Source of the DNA: Eledone cirrhosa
Lineage: Eukaryota
Length of the DNA stretch: 64,000 bases
Direction of reading: 5' to 3'
Assembly (NCBI GenBank): GCA_964016885.1
Contig: OZ024752.1
Span: 42,718,001-42,782,000 of the forward strand
A program made the position numbers and the translations under genes. Under the pieces are notes generated by a model. It worked only from the letters and a program-made list of their open reading frames with translations, was not told the origin of the DNA and made no database searches. This document shows positions 39,020 to 54,132 of the stretch, in pieces; the stretch's first letter is position 1; each line of letters starts with the position of its first letter.

Positions 39020-42000
39020 CACACTGAGACTCTCTTTCACACACATTCTAAGCACTCACACATACACTGAGAGTCTCTTTCACACACATTCTCGCACTCA
39101 CACATACACTGAGAGTCTCTTTCACACACATTCTCGCACTCACACATACACTGAGAGTCTCTTTCACACACATTCTCGCACTCACACATACACTGAGAGT
39201 CTCTTTCACACACATTCTAAGCACTCACACATACACTGAGAGTCTCTTTCACACACATTCTCGCACTCACACATACACTGAGAGTCTCTTTCACACACAT
39301 TCTCGCACTCACACATACACTGAGAGTCTCTTTCACACATTCTCGCACTCACACATACACTGAGAGTCTCTTTCACACACATTCTAAGCACTCACACATA
39401 CACTGAGAGTCTCTTTCACACACATTCTCGCACTCACACATACACTGAGAGTCTCTTTCACACACATTCTCGCACTCACACATACACTGAGAGTCTCTTT
39501 CACACACATTCTCGCACTCACACATACACTGAGAGTCTCTTTCACACACATTCTCGCACTCACACATACACTGAGAGTCTCTTTCACACACATTCTCGCA
39601 CTCACACATACACTGAGAGTCTCTTTCACACACATTCTCGCACTCACACATACACTGAGAGTCTCTTTCACACATTCTCGCACTCACACATACACTGAGA
39701 GTCTCTTTCACACATTCTCGCACTCACACATACACTGAGAGTCTCTTTCACACACATTCTCGCACTCACACATGCACTGAGAGTCTCTTTCACACATTCT
39801 CGCACTCACACATACACTGAGAGTCTCTTTCACACACATTCTCGCACTCACACATACACTGAGAGTCTCTTTCACACACATTCTCGCACTCACACATACA
39901 CTGAGAGTCTCTTTCACACATTCTCGCACTCACACATACACTGAGAGTCTCTTTCACACACATTCTAAGCACTCACACATACACTGAGAGTCTCTTTCAC
40001 ACATTCTCGCACTCACACATACACTGAGAGTCTCTTTCACACACATTCTCGCACTCACACATACACTGAGAGTCTCTTTCACACACATTCTCGCACTCAC
40101 ACATACACTGAGAGTCTCTTTCACACACATTCTCGCACTCACACATACACTGAGAGTCTCTTTCACACATTCTCGCACTCACACATACACTGAGAGTCTC
40201 TTTCACACACATTCTCGCACTCACACATACACTGAGAGTCTCTTTCACACATTCTCGCACTCACACATACACTGAGAGTCTCTTTCACACACATTCTCGC
40301 ACTCACACATACACTGAGAGTCTCTTTCACACACATTCTAAGCACTCACACATACACTGAGAGTCTCTTTCACACACATTCTCGCACTCACACATACATT
40401 GAGAGTCTCTTTCACACACATTCTCGCACTCACACATACACTGAGAGTCTCTTTCACACACATTCTCGCACTCACACATACACTGAGAGTCTCTTTCACA
40501 CATTCTCGCACTCACACATACACTGAGAGTCTCTTTCACACACATTCTAAGCACTCACACATACACTGAGAGTCTCTTTCACACATTCTCGCACTCACAC
40601 ATACACTGAGAGTCTCTTTCACACACATTCTCGCACTCACACATACACTGAGAGTCTCTTTCACACATTCTCGCACTCACACATACACTGAGAGTCTCTT
40701 TCACACATTCTCGCACTCACACATACACTGAGAGTCTCTTTCACACATTCTCGCACTCACACATACACTGAGAGTCTCTTTCACACACATTCTCGCACTC
40801 ACACATACACTGAGAGTCTCTTTCACACACATTCTCGCACTCACACATACACTGAGAGTCTCTTTCACACACATTCTCGCACTCACACATACACTGAGAG
40901 TCTCTTTCACACACATTCTCGCACTACCACATACACTGAGAGTCTCTTTCACACACATTCTCGCACTCACACATACACTGAGAGTCTCTTTCACACACAT
41001 TCTCGCACTCACACATACACTGAGAGTCTCTTTCACACACATTCTCGCACTCACACATACATTGAGAGTCTCTTTCACACACATTCTCGCACTCACACAT
41101 ACACTGAGAGTCTCTTTCATACACATTCTCGCACTCACACATACACTGAGAGTCTCTTTCACACACATTCTCGCACTCACACATACACTGAGAGTCTCTT
41201 TCACACACATTCTCGCACTCACACATACACTGAGAGTCTCTTTCACACACATTCTCGCACTCACACATACACTGAGAGTCTCTTTCACACACATTCTCGC
41301 ACTCACACATACACTGAGAGTCTCTTGCACACACATTCTAAGCACTCACACATACACTGAGAGTCTCTTTCACACACATTCTCGCACTCACACATACACT
41401 GAGAGTCTCTTTCACACACATTCTCGCACTCACACATACACTGAGAGTCTCTTTCACACACATTCTCGCACTCACACATACACTGAGAGTCTCTTTCACA
41501 CATTCTCGCACTCACACATACACTGAGAGTCTCTTTCACACACATTCTAAGCACTCACACATACACTGAGAGTCTCTTTCACACACATTCTCGCACTCAC
41601 ACATACACTGAGAGTCTCTTTCACACACATTCTCGCACTCACACATACACTGAGAGTCTCTTTCACACATTCTCGCACTCACACATACACTGAGAGTCTC
41701 TTTCACACACATTCTCGCACTACCACATACACTGAGAGTCTCTTTCACACAATTTCTCGCACTCACACATACACTGAGAGTCTCTTTCACACACATTCTC
41801 GCACTCACACATACACTGAGAGTCTCTTTCACACACATTCTCGCACTCACACATACATTGAGAGTCTCTTTCACACACATTCTCGCACTCACACATACAC
41901 TGAGAGTCTCTTTCATACACATTCTCGCACTCACACATACACTGAGAGTCTCTTTCACACACATTCTCGCACTCACACATACACTGAGAGTCTCTTTCAC

Positions 42001-45000
42001 ACACATTCTAAGCACTCACACATACACTGAGACTCTTTCACACACATTCTCGCACTCACACATACACTGAGAGTCTCTTTCACACACATTCTCGCACTCA
42101 CACATACACTGAGAGTCTCTTTCACACACATTCTCGCACTCACACATACACTGAGAGTCTCTTTCACACACATTCTCGCACTCACACATACACTGAGAGT
42201 CTCTTTCACACACATTCTCGCACTCACACATACATTGAGAGTCTCTTTCACACACATTCTCGCACTCACACATACACTGAGAGTCTCTTTCATACACATT
42301 CTCGCACTCACACATACACTGAGAGTCTCTTTCACACACATTCTCGCACTCACACATACACTGAGAGTCTCTTTCACACACATTCTAAGCACTCACACAT
42401 ACACTGAGACTCTTTCACACACATTCTCGCACTCACACATACACTGAGAGTCTCTTTCACACACATTCTCGCACTCACACATACACTGAGAGTCTCTTTC
42501 ACACACATTCTCGCACTCACACATACACTGAGAGTCTCTTTCACACACATTCTCGCACTCACACATACACTGAGAGTCTCTTTCACACACATTCTCGCAC
42601 TCACACATACATTGAGAGTCTCTTTCACACACATTCTCGCACTCACACATACACTGAGAGTCTCTTTCATACACATTCTCGCACTCACACATACACTGAG
42701 AGTCTCTTTCACACACATTCTCGCACTCACACATACACTGAGAGTCTCTTTCACACACATTCTAAGCACTCACACATACACTGAGACTCTTTCACACACA
42801 TTCTCGCACTCACACATACACTGAGAGTCTCTTTCACACACATTCTCGCACTCACACATACACTGAGAGTCTCTTTCACACACATTCTCGCACTCACACA
42901 TACACTGAGAGTCTCTTTCACACACATTCTCGCACTCACACATACACTGAGAGTCTCTTTCACACACATTCTCGCACTCACACATACATTGAGAGTCTCT
43001 TTCACACACATTCTCGCACTCACACATACACTGAGAGTCTCTTTCATACACATTCTCGCACTCACACATACACTGAGAGTCTCTTTCACACACATTCTCG
43101 CACTCACACATACACTGAGAGTCTCTTTCACACACATTCTAAGCACTCACACATACACTGAGACTCTTTCACACACATTCTCGCACTCACACATACACTG
43201 AGAGTCTCTTTCACACACATTCTCGCACTCACACATACACTGAGAGTCTCTTTCACACACATTCTCGCACTCACACATACACTGAGAGTCTCTTTCACAC
43301 ACATTCTCGCACTCACACATACACTGAGAGTCTCTTTCACACACATTCTCGCACTCACACATACACTGAGAGTCTCTTTCACACACATTCTCGCACTCAC
43401 ACATACACTGAGAGTCTCTTTCACACACATTCTCGCACTCACACATACACTGAGAGTCTCTTTCACACACATTCTAAGCACTCACACATACACTGAGAGT
43501 CTCTTTCACACACATTCTCGCACTCACACATACACTGAGAGTCTCTTTCACACACATTCTCGCACTCACACATACACTGAGAGTCTCTTTCACACACATT
43601 CTCGCACTCACACATACACTGAGAGTCTCTTTCACACACATTCTCGCACTCACACATACACTGAGAGTCTCTTTCACACACATTCTCGCACTCACACATA
43701 CACTGAGAGTCTCTTTCACACACATTCTAAGCACTCACACATACACTGAGAGTCTCTTTCACACACATTCTCGCACTCACACATACACTGAGAGTCTCTT
43801 TCACACACATTCTAAGCACTCACACATACACTGAGAGTCTCTTTCACACACATTCTAAGCACTCACACATACACTGAGAGTCTCTTTCACACACATTCTA
43901 AGCACTCACACATACACTGAGAGTCTCTTTCACACACATTCTCGCACTCACACATACACTGAGAGTCTCTTTCACACACATTCTAAGCACTCACACATAC
44001 ACTGAGAGTCTCTTTCACACACATTCTAAGCACTCACACATACACTGAGAGTCTCTTTCACACACATTCTAAGCACTCACACATACACTGAGAGTCTCTT
44101 TCACACACATTCTCGCACTCACACATACACTGAGAGTCTCTTTCACACACATTCTCGCACTCACACATACACTGAGAGTCTCTTTCACACACATTCTCGC
44201 ACTCACACATACACTGAGAGTCTCTTTCACACACATTCTCGCACTCACACATACACTGAGAGTCTCTTTCACACACATTCTCGCACTCACACATACACTG
44301 AGAGTCTCTTTCACACACATTCTAAGCACTCACACATACACTGAGAGTCTCTTTCACACACATTCTCGCACTCACACATACACTGAGAGTCTCTTTCACA
44401 CACATTCTCGCACTCACACATACACTGAGAGTCTCTTTCACACACATTCTAAGCACTCACACATACACTGAGAGTCTCTTTCACACACATTCTAAGCACT
44501 CACACATACACTGAGAGTCTCTTTCACACACATTCTCGCACTCACACATACACTGAGAGTCTCTTTCACACACATTCTCGCACTCACACATACACTGAGA
44601 GTCTCTTTCACACACATTCTAAGCACTCACACATACACTGAGAGTCTCTTTCACACACATTCTCGCACTCACACATACACTGAGAGTCTCTTTCACACAC
44701 ATTCTCGCACTCACACATACACTGAGAGTCTCTTTCACACATTCTCGCACTCACACATACACTGAGAGTCTCTTTCACACACATTCTCGCACTCACACAT
44801 ACACTGAGAGTCTCTTTCACACATTCTCGCACTCACACATACACTGAGAGTCTCTTTCACACACATTCTCGCACTCACACATACACTGAGAGTCTCTTTC
44901 ACACACATTCTCGCACTCACACATACACTGAGAGTCTCTTTCACACATTCTCGCACTCACACATACACTGAGAGTCTCTTTCACACATTCTCGCACTCAC

Positions 45001-47224
45001 ACATACACTGAGAGTCTCTTTCACACACATTCTCGCACTCACACATACACTGAGAGTCTCTTTCACACATTCTCGCACTCACACATACACTGAGAGTCTC
45101 TTTCACACACATTCTCGCACTCACACATACACTGAGAGTCTCTTTCACACACATTCTCGCACTCACACATACACTGAGAGTCTCTTTCACACACATTCTC
45201 GCACTCACACATACACTGAGAGTCTCTTTCACACACATTCTCGCACTCACACATACACTGAGAGTCTCTTTCACACATTCTCGCACTCACACATACACTG
45301 AGAGTCTCTTTCACACACATTCTCGCACTCACACATACACTGAGAGTCTCTTTCACACACATTCTCGCACTCACACATACACTGAGAGTCTCTTTCACAC
45401 ATTCTCGCACTCACACATACACTGAGAGTCTCTTTCACACATTCTCGCACTACCACATACACTGAGACTCTCTTTCACACACATTCTCGCACTCACACAT
45501 ACACTGAGAGTCTCTTTCACACACATTCTCGCACTCACACATACACTGAGAGTCTCTTTCACACACATTCTCGCACTCACACATACACTGAGACTCTTTC
45601 ACACACATTCTCGCACTCACACATACACTGAGAGTCTCTTTCACACACATTCTCGCACTCACACATACACTGAGAGTCTCTTTCACACACATTCTAAGCA
45701 CTCACACATACACTGAGAGTCTCTTTCACACACATTCTCGCACTCACACATACACTGAGACTCTCTTTCACACACATTCTCGCACTCACACATACACTGA
45801 GAGTCTCTTTCACACACATTCTCGCACTCACACATACACTGAGAGTCTCTTTCACACACATTCTCGCACTCACACATACACTGAGAGTCTCTTTCACACA
45901 CATTCTCGCACTCACACATACACTGAGACTCTCTTTCACACACATTCTCGCACTCACACATACACTGAGACTCTCTTTCACACACATTCTCGCAGTCACA
46001 CATACACTGAGAGTCTCTTTCACACACATTCTCGCACTCACACATACACTGAGAGTCTCTTTCACACACATTCTCGCACTCACACATACACTGAGAGTCT
46101 CTTTCACACACATTCTCGCACTCACACATACACTGAGAGTCTCTTTCACACACATTCTCGCACTCACACATACACTGAGAGTCTCTTTCACACACATTCT
46201 CGCACTCACACATACACTGAGAGTCTCTTTCACACACATTCTCGCACTCACACATACACTGAGACTCTCTTTCACACACATTCTCGCACTCACACATACA
46301 CTGAGAGTCTCTTTCACACACATTCTCGCACTCACACATACACTGAGAGTCTCTTTCACACACATTCTCGCACTCACACATACACTGAGAGTCTCTTTCA
46401 CACACATTCTCGCACTCACACATACACTGAGAGTCTCTTTCACACACATTCTCGCACTCACACATACACTGAGAGTCTCTTTCACACACATTCTCGCACT
46501 CACACATACACTGAGAGTCTCTTTCACACACATTCTAAGCACTCACACATACACTGAGAGTCTCTTTCACACACATTCTCGCACTCACACATACACTGAG
46601 AGTCTCTTTCACACACATTCTCGCACTCACACATACACTGAGAGTCTCTTTCACACACATTCTCGCACTCACACATACACTGAGAGTCTCTTTCACACAC
46701 ATTCTCGCACTCACACATACACTGAGACTCTCTTTCACACACATTCTCGCACTCACACATACACTGAGAGTCTCTTTCACACACATTCTCGCACTCACAC
46801 ATACACTGAGAGTCTCTTTCACACACATTCTCGCACTCACACATACACTGAGAGTCTCTTTCACACACATTCTCGCACTACCACATACACTGAGACTCTC
46901 TTTCACACACATTCTCGCACTCACACATACACTGAGAGTCTCTTTCACACACATTCTCGCACTACCACATACACTGAGACTCTCTTTCACACACATTCTC
47001 GCACTCACACATACACTGAGAGTCTCTTTCACACACATTCTCGCACTCACACATACATTGAGAGTCTCTTTCACACACATTCTCGCACTCACACATACAC
47101 TGAGAGTCTCTTTCACACACATTCTCGCACTCACACATACACTGAGACTCTCTTTCACACACATTCTCGCACTCACACATACACTGAGAGTCTCTTTCAC
47201 ACACATTCTCGCACTACCACATAC
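39020..47224. repeat. 42-bp CA-rich minisatellite (about 195 copies; 40- and 43-bp variants)
   Basis: Unit CACATACACTGAGAGTCTCTTTCACACACATTCTCGCACTCA. Confidence 0.96.
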
Positions 47225-48715
47225 TTTGTCTCTTTGTCACCAAATTTGGGGTTCCTTAAATCAATTGTATTTAGGCTATATAACACTAGAATGTTGCCTG
47301 CTACAACATAAGGGTTTACTTGATCTTGTAATAGATTAAATGGAAACAACTTCTGTAACATTTTTATTTATTCTTATATAAAGAAATATTTTTATCAGTG
47401 TTCTCAATTAATAAAATAATATATATATATATTTTAATTATGTAATAAACTATAATAGTATACATAGAGCACTCTTGCTGCTTTTACTCTTTCTATGGAA
47501 ATACTTCATATATATTAATTTAGAAATTTAAAAAATGAAATTTGCATGTTTCATAATTATTTCTTTCATTCAATTAATTTTTATTACTTTTTATTTGAAA
47601 ATTTTATTCATATATTATTTACTTTTTTATTTACAAAATATTCCAAAAATATTGGATTAAAAAAATTTTTTTGATTTAAAAAAAAAAAATATGGGGAAAT
47701 TCCTTTTCAAATATTCTTAGATTTTCAATAAAATTATAAAAGGTTTTGCTTTTTGAAAAGCTGTCATAATGGAGGATGACTATAATAGTTGAATAAATAA
47801 GTTGGATAAAGTACACTGCAGATGGAAAAATGTGGACAAAATTGTTTGTGGGCTTTGAACAAGGCTTCTTCTGTCATACACAGGGTACCCACAGGACACT
47901 TACAGGTCACCCACAGGGCATCTAACCAAAAGATACCCACAGATAGTTCTGTCGATCATTTTCCATCTCCAGGTGTACTTCACCAAACTTTATCTACAAC
48001 AGTGGATTGGCAGAGTTGTTAACCTTTAACACGCTGTCGGTGACAATGGAGTAATATCCCCTTAATACATAATACAGTGTCAAGGGAAATAATTCATAAA
48101 AAAATTCAGCTCGCTGAAGGTTAAAGCATTAAATAAAATGCTTTTTAGTATTTATTCTGGCTTTTTTATGTTTTGATTTCACATTCTGTCCATTTATCCT
48201 CCCAGGGGTCATAAAAATTATTTTCTTTGATTGAATAGTCTTTATATGAGTTAATTTACCAGCTCTTCCCCACCCATACATGCTAACTAACCCCACCCTA
48301 CTACACTACTCTATAATGCCAGGTTCCACTCTTTCTCTCTTTTTCTGTGTTTGTCCCTTAATAAAATTCATTGAAAATTCATAGAATTTAATTAACATAT
48401 TTCTGTCTTGAACAAGTTAAAGTTTCTAAAATGACAGGAAGGAGTGGCTAAAGGCTCTTTGTTGTAGCTGGTATGCAACAGATACAAGGTTCAATTCCTA
48501 CATGAGGCTCTCCACTTTATTTTTCTATCCCCAGGGGTACATTACCCAATTCATTCAACTCTTATTTATAGTTCATCTGCATTGTGGCAGCTTTTCAAAG
48601 ACCAAAAAGCAAAGATATTTTTTTAAAATTTCCTCAATGCTTAAAAAAAAATATATTTAAACCACTGAAATTCTGTTATTTCTTTTGCATGTTTGTTAAC
48701 TTAATTGTCTTTCAG

Positions 48716-48828
48716 AATTAAGAGATAAATTTTGGTGGTTTCCTCACATGTGGCACCATGAACAGCCACATAAGTTTCAACTGCCAGCCTTGGAGCGTGG
48801 AATGTTACAGAATTATCGTTTTGCACAG
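48716..48828 (+). CDS. NDST: NDST coding exon 3 (N-deacetylase domain)
   Basis: Acceptor tgtctttcag|, phase 1 completes GAA. Translates (E)LRDKFWWFPHMWHHEQPHKFQLPALERGMLQNYRFAQ with the hallmark FWWFPHMW.H.QPH motif. Donor CAG|GTAGAG, phase 0. Confidence 0.95.
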
Positions 48829-49103
48829 GTAGAGCATTTGTCTTAGAGAGAGGAATTCTTGTTTAAAGTCATACCTGGATCTCCTCTCTTTCTCAGCAAA
48901 TATTTGATAATAATAATAATAGTAATAATAATAATAATAATAATAATATAAATATTTTTGAATGTTTTTATATTTTTAAAAACTTGAACTGGTTTTAAGA
49001 TAAAATGAAGAAAATATCCTTGTGGTTTATCTGTAACTAGAAATTAAAATTTTAATAAATTGGAATACCATGTTAAGTAGATGAGTTATACTTTTATTTG
49101 TGT

Positions 49104-49152
<49 letters not shown>

Positions 49153-49202
49153 TATATTATATATATACATATATATATATATATGCATTTATATATATGT
49201 AC

Positions 49203-49239
<37 letters not shown>

Positions 49240-49515
49240 TGCATATATATATATATGCATATATGTATATACATATATATATGCATATATATATATGTAT
49301 GTATATATATATATATATATGTGCATATATATATATGTATGTATATATATATATATATATGTACATATATATATATGTATGTATATATATATATATATAT
49401 GTACATATATATATATGTACATATATATATATATATATATGTATGTATATATATATATATATATGTACATATATATATATGTACATATATATATATATAT
49501 ATATTTATATATACA

Positions 49516-49569
<54 letters not shown>

Positions 49570-49812
49570 AAGATATGTAATAAACAGGGACCAAGTTCTA
49601 TCTATACATATCATTGAAGTAATTCTATTTATTTTAAAATATTTAGATTTTTATTTATGAAATAAATTTTATAAAATCTATTAAATACATTTTAAGAAAT
49701 TTTCAAGCTGTATTCTGAGAAAAATTAATCTTTGCTTAGATTTTAGTCATAAAAGGGTGTTGATTGAACAAAATAAAACTAACCAGAATTTAAATATGTT
49801 TATATCTTAGGT

Positions 49813-49847
<35 letters not shown>

Positions 49848-49852
49848 ATATA

Positions 49853-49918
<66 letters not shown>

Positions 49919-50534
49919 TGTATGTATGTATATGGTAAAGAAATTTATCTTCACTCTTAACAATCTGTACTTCATGGAACTACATTAGCAAGATGTTATT
50001 GAAATGTACAAAACAGCACTATTAGTGATAATATTTATTTATCTTTATTCTAATACTGTAAATTTTCATTAAAGAATCTATCCAAATGAAGATACTATAA
50101 ACAATGGAATTAACAAACTATATGTAACCACATTAGCAAGACATTCATAATAAATACAACACATAACTATGACTGCATCATAAAATCGTTCAAACTCTGT
50201 TCAATAGTAAATATGCTATAAACATTTGAATTAAGAAGTCTGTTTTTTTTTTAGATATTTCCTGCTAAGTTATTACAAGACGTTAAGAGTTAAATTTTTT
50301 ATGAGGATTAACATTTTGAACAGCCATGATTTCAATTTAATAAACTAACTTCCCCACCTCAACATAGATTTTCTTTTTAAATATTCAAATGATGGGTAGG
50401 TGTAATGCGTTTATATATATATAAAAATATAAATATATATATATATATACATACATACATACATACCCGTCTAACCGATGCTAGCGTGGAAGAACGGACG
50501 TAAAACGGTGATGATGATGATGATACATACAATT

Positions 50535-50885
50535 GAAAGTTGTGAGTTCAATTCTCAGACCGGGTGATGTGTTGTTTCCTTGAGCAAGGCACTTTATTTC
50601 ACATTGCTCCAGTTTACTCAGCTGTAGAAATGAGATGATAGGGACTGGGATCCCTATCATTCCACTGCAAAGTGGTCGTGGAGGTGCCATGGCAAAAAAG
50701 CACCCAGCCCACACTGTAAAGTGGTCGTGTAGGCGCCACGGAAAAAAAGCACCCAGCCCTCACTGTAAATGAGGTTGGTGTTAGGAAGGGCATCCAGCTG
50801 TAGAAATCAAGCCAGAATCAGTTCCCGTCCCACCCTTGCAAGCAGGGAAAAGCGGACGTAAAATGAAATGATGATGATGATGAAA
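50535..50885 (+). mobile_element. 5'-truncated composite SINE
   Basis: Near-identical to 57958-58250, with one extra internal repeat. Confidence 0.85.
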
Positions 50886-50977
50886 TGATATATATATATA
50901 TATATAAATATATATGTATGTATATATGATGAAATGATATATATATATATATAAATATATATGTATGTATATATATG

Positions 50978-51163
50978 TTTATCCCAGGTTCAATCAGGGG
51001 TAACCACAGAAAGTAAGGTACTCAATACAAAGCAGAGTATAAATATTTAATATAGAAAGGCTTCTACAGGACTAGAACTGTTTCATTCGGGAGAAATCAT
51101 CAGAAAGCCCTGATGATTTCTCCTGAATGAAACAGTTCTAGTCTTGTAGAAGCCTTTCTATAT

Positions 51164-51170
<7 letters not shown>
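50978..51170 (-). mobile_element. Family A hammerhead-bearing element with inverted arm
   Basis: Same terminus (GGTTCAATC..GTACTCAATAC) and hairpin as 655-872, flanked by (TA)n. Confidence 0.6.
51059..51109 (-). ncRNA. Type I hammerhead motif (family A)
   Basis: Reverse complement reads GGCTTT-CTGATGA-tTTCtcccGAAt-GAAA-CAG-ttctagtc-CTG-TA-GAAGCC. 6-bp stem I, U.U mismatch at the base of stem II. Confidence 0.65.
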
Positions 51171-51212
<42 letters not shown>

Positions 51213-52982
51213 CTGCAAACATGTTCTTTATGGTCAGTTTTTGTTAAATTATCAATCTATTAATTAATTAGTTAATTAATTGATTATTCCTACTAGAAAT
51301 AATTAATTGAATATTATTGAATGAAAGCCAAAAGAGAGATATATATTATTAGCTGTTATTGATCCCTTTGTTCAATTTTTGGAAGTTCTGTTCGTTAGAA
51401 GATCTCTTAGCTACAATATATTAAATAGTAATAGAGTAATTTTCTTTTAGGAAATAGTCCAACCTGTTTTGTTTAAGGTTTTTGTCTTTACTCTCTCTCT
51501 CTCGCTCCCCTTCTTCCTCCTCTCTTTCATCCCCCTCTCTTTCTTTCTCCCCTCTCCCTCTCTGTTTAAATATAGAGTAATGTAAATGTTAAAGGGTTAA
51601 CATAAAAGTGTTCAACTGGCTATAACTGGCCACTCATACTGACATTAAGGTATTGTTCTCAAAATAAATTACATCAAAATATCGTAGATTTGATATTATG
51701 TGAGATAAAGTCTTTACCACAAATATGCAATAGTATATATATATATATAGAGTAATTTAACCCTTTAGCATTCACATTACTCTATATATACTATTGTATT
51801 TTCATGGTAAAGGCATTATCTCACATAATTATCTCACATAATATCGAATCTATGAGATTTTGAAAGTATTTATTTTGAGAACAATACCTTAACATCAGTT
51901 TGAGCGACCAGTTACAGCCAGTTTCAACAGAGAGAGGTAGAGAATTCTGGCCAGTTTTGGCCGGTTTGAACATTAAAGGGTTAAATGCTGAAGGGCTAAG
52001 GCATTGTTTTATAGCCAGATGTCCTTTCTAGTGTTAAACATTTCAGACATGTCTTACGACATAGGGCTATGGTGTACCTTGCTCTGAAATAGATACACTC
52101 AGCAATATGCCTATGACTACTTCAGGTGAATGTGTATGACCAATTGGTTAGGATGTTGGGTTTGCAGTCATCATATTGCTCCAGTTAACTCAACTAAAAA
52201 TAAATACTAGCAGCTGCTGGAGTTGCTTATGGGATGAAACATGTCCTTTCTTTCTTTAAGATGTGTGGCCTAGTGCTTAGGGTTTTGGGCCCACAATCAT
52301 AAATGGAGTGTTGTGTTTTACAGCAAAACCTTCATTTCACATTGCTTTTCTGACTGTAGTGTGTGGTATGAAGGAGGTGTTGGCTACCATTTCTATCCGG
52401 TCTGATTATGTAGAGATGTTCTCATTTGTATGTTGTTTTATATTATTTCATATCCTGTTGACAATAATTTCTCTGCTAATTATAGAAGAGGAAAAATAAA
52501 TTAAAAACACATTTAGTCCTTGTTAATTTATAAAAACATGGCAGCCAAATTATGTTAGAGCTTTGGATTAAAAATACTTTATATATACTCAGGTTAGTCT
52601 AAAGTCTGTCTTAAGCTAGAAGGTTCATTAGGCCAGTACTTATCCTGGTTTCATGGCATGAAGCGACTGAGAGTACAATTCTCTCCTCTGGATAGGATGC
52701 CAGTCTATTGAAGGGTTAAACAACGTCTTTTTTTTATAAAATTGTTAACCCTGTAGTATTTAAACTGGCCATATCTGGCCAGAATTCTCTCACCTCTTTC
52801 TGTTCAAACTGGCCATAGCAGGCCGCTCATATTGGTCATAGCAGGCTGCTCATATTGGTCATAGCAGGCCGCTCATATTGATGATAGATCTCAAAATAAA
52901 TAACAGCCAAATCTTATAGATTCTATATTATATGAGATAATTATGTGAGGTAAAGCCTTTACTGTGAAAATACAATAGTATA

Positions 52983-53874
52983 CAGGGTGCGGACGATATT
53001 TGTTCACAATTTTCAACTGCTAATTTTATGCAAATTTTTTTTATTTCTGTTGTCACTCTTGTCTTCATAAAAACGGTGACTATATTTCCATTATTTATTT
53101 TCAGAATAATTGATTCTGAATAATTTTGAACCTCCAAATTTGTGGAAGAGACACGGAGTTCTTCTTGGAATCCGCGCTGGGAGGACAAATAAGTCCAGAA
53201 CAACAACTCCCAGAACAACAGGTGGCTCGCTGTCTCATCCAAAGACGTTCCCAGAGTCATGCAGACAAAGTTTCCAGCGACAATATTGGTCTTAGGTGTC
53301 GTCAGCAATTAAGGTGACGTCATGCCACCTCACGTCTTCCCTGAGGGCCTCAAGCTGAACACCGATGGCTACATCCGTGTTCTGAGCGAGGTAGTAAAGC
53401 TCTGGATCGACCAGGTAGCTGCAGGTAGGCTGTATGTGTGGCAGCAAGGCTCAGCGCCCTGCCATAGCAGCTGAAAGACCCAAGCCTGGCTATCAGAGAA
53501 CTTCGTCGACCACACTTCACCTGACATCTGGCCTTCCAGCTCGCCTGACTGCAACCCCCTCGACTTCTTTGTGTGGGGCGCAGTGCAACGAGACACCAAC
53601 AGATCTAGCTGCAATACGAAAGACGATCTGAAGGCCAGGATCACAAGTGCCTTTAGGGGCCTAAGTCGGGGGACAGTGACGAAGGCCTGTAGCCGGTTCC
53701 GAGGCCGCTTTGAGGCCGTCATCAAAGCCAATGGCGGGTTTATTGAGTGAGATCGAAAGAACAAGTCATGAAGACAAACTGACCCAAGTTTGATAAATAA
53801 ATCTTAAAAAATAAAATTACTGTGTTATTTTTTCCTAGACAGTAATCTTGCGAACAAATATCAGCCGCACCTGG
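52983..53874 (+). mobile_element. Internally deleted Tc1/mariner DD37D (maT) transposon nested in a TTAA MITE (52745-53905)
   Basis: TIR CAGGGTGCGGACGATATTTGTTCACAA / TTGCGAACAAATATCAGCCGCACCTGG at a TA site. Confidence 0.88.
53185..53750 (+). pseudogene. maT-family transposase catalytic domain relic
   Basis: NSQNNRWLA..TKFPATILVLGVVSN*GDVMPP..YVWQQGSAPCH..*..WPSSSPDCNPLDFFVWG..FRGRFEAVIKANGGFIE*. 37 residues separate the second D position (mutated to G) and the third D. Two in-frame stops. Confidence 0.88.
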
Positions 53875-54132
53875 ATATAGAGTAATGGAAATGTTAAAGG
53901 TTTAATTAAAAGCATTTCATTAAAAAGCAGTTTGTTTTAAAGTGTTTATATTTAACTAAAAATCTTCTATAATTCTTTGTAAGAATGTTTAAGCTACGTT
54001 CCAAACATCAAATTAATTATGAGAAAGTTAGAGTATTTAATTAGGAATCCAGTCACAAAATGGTTAAATATAATTACACAGACATTAACTACTACCAGCG
54101 TTAACTCTTTGAGTTTATTGGGTGCATATTAT

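Noticed and set aside
39206-47339. Cys-rich 'metallothionein-like' ORFs (CERDSQCMCECENV)n
   Set aside because: Translations of the 42-bp satellite with frequent frameshifts.
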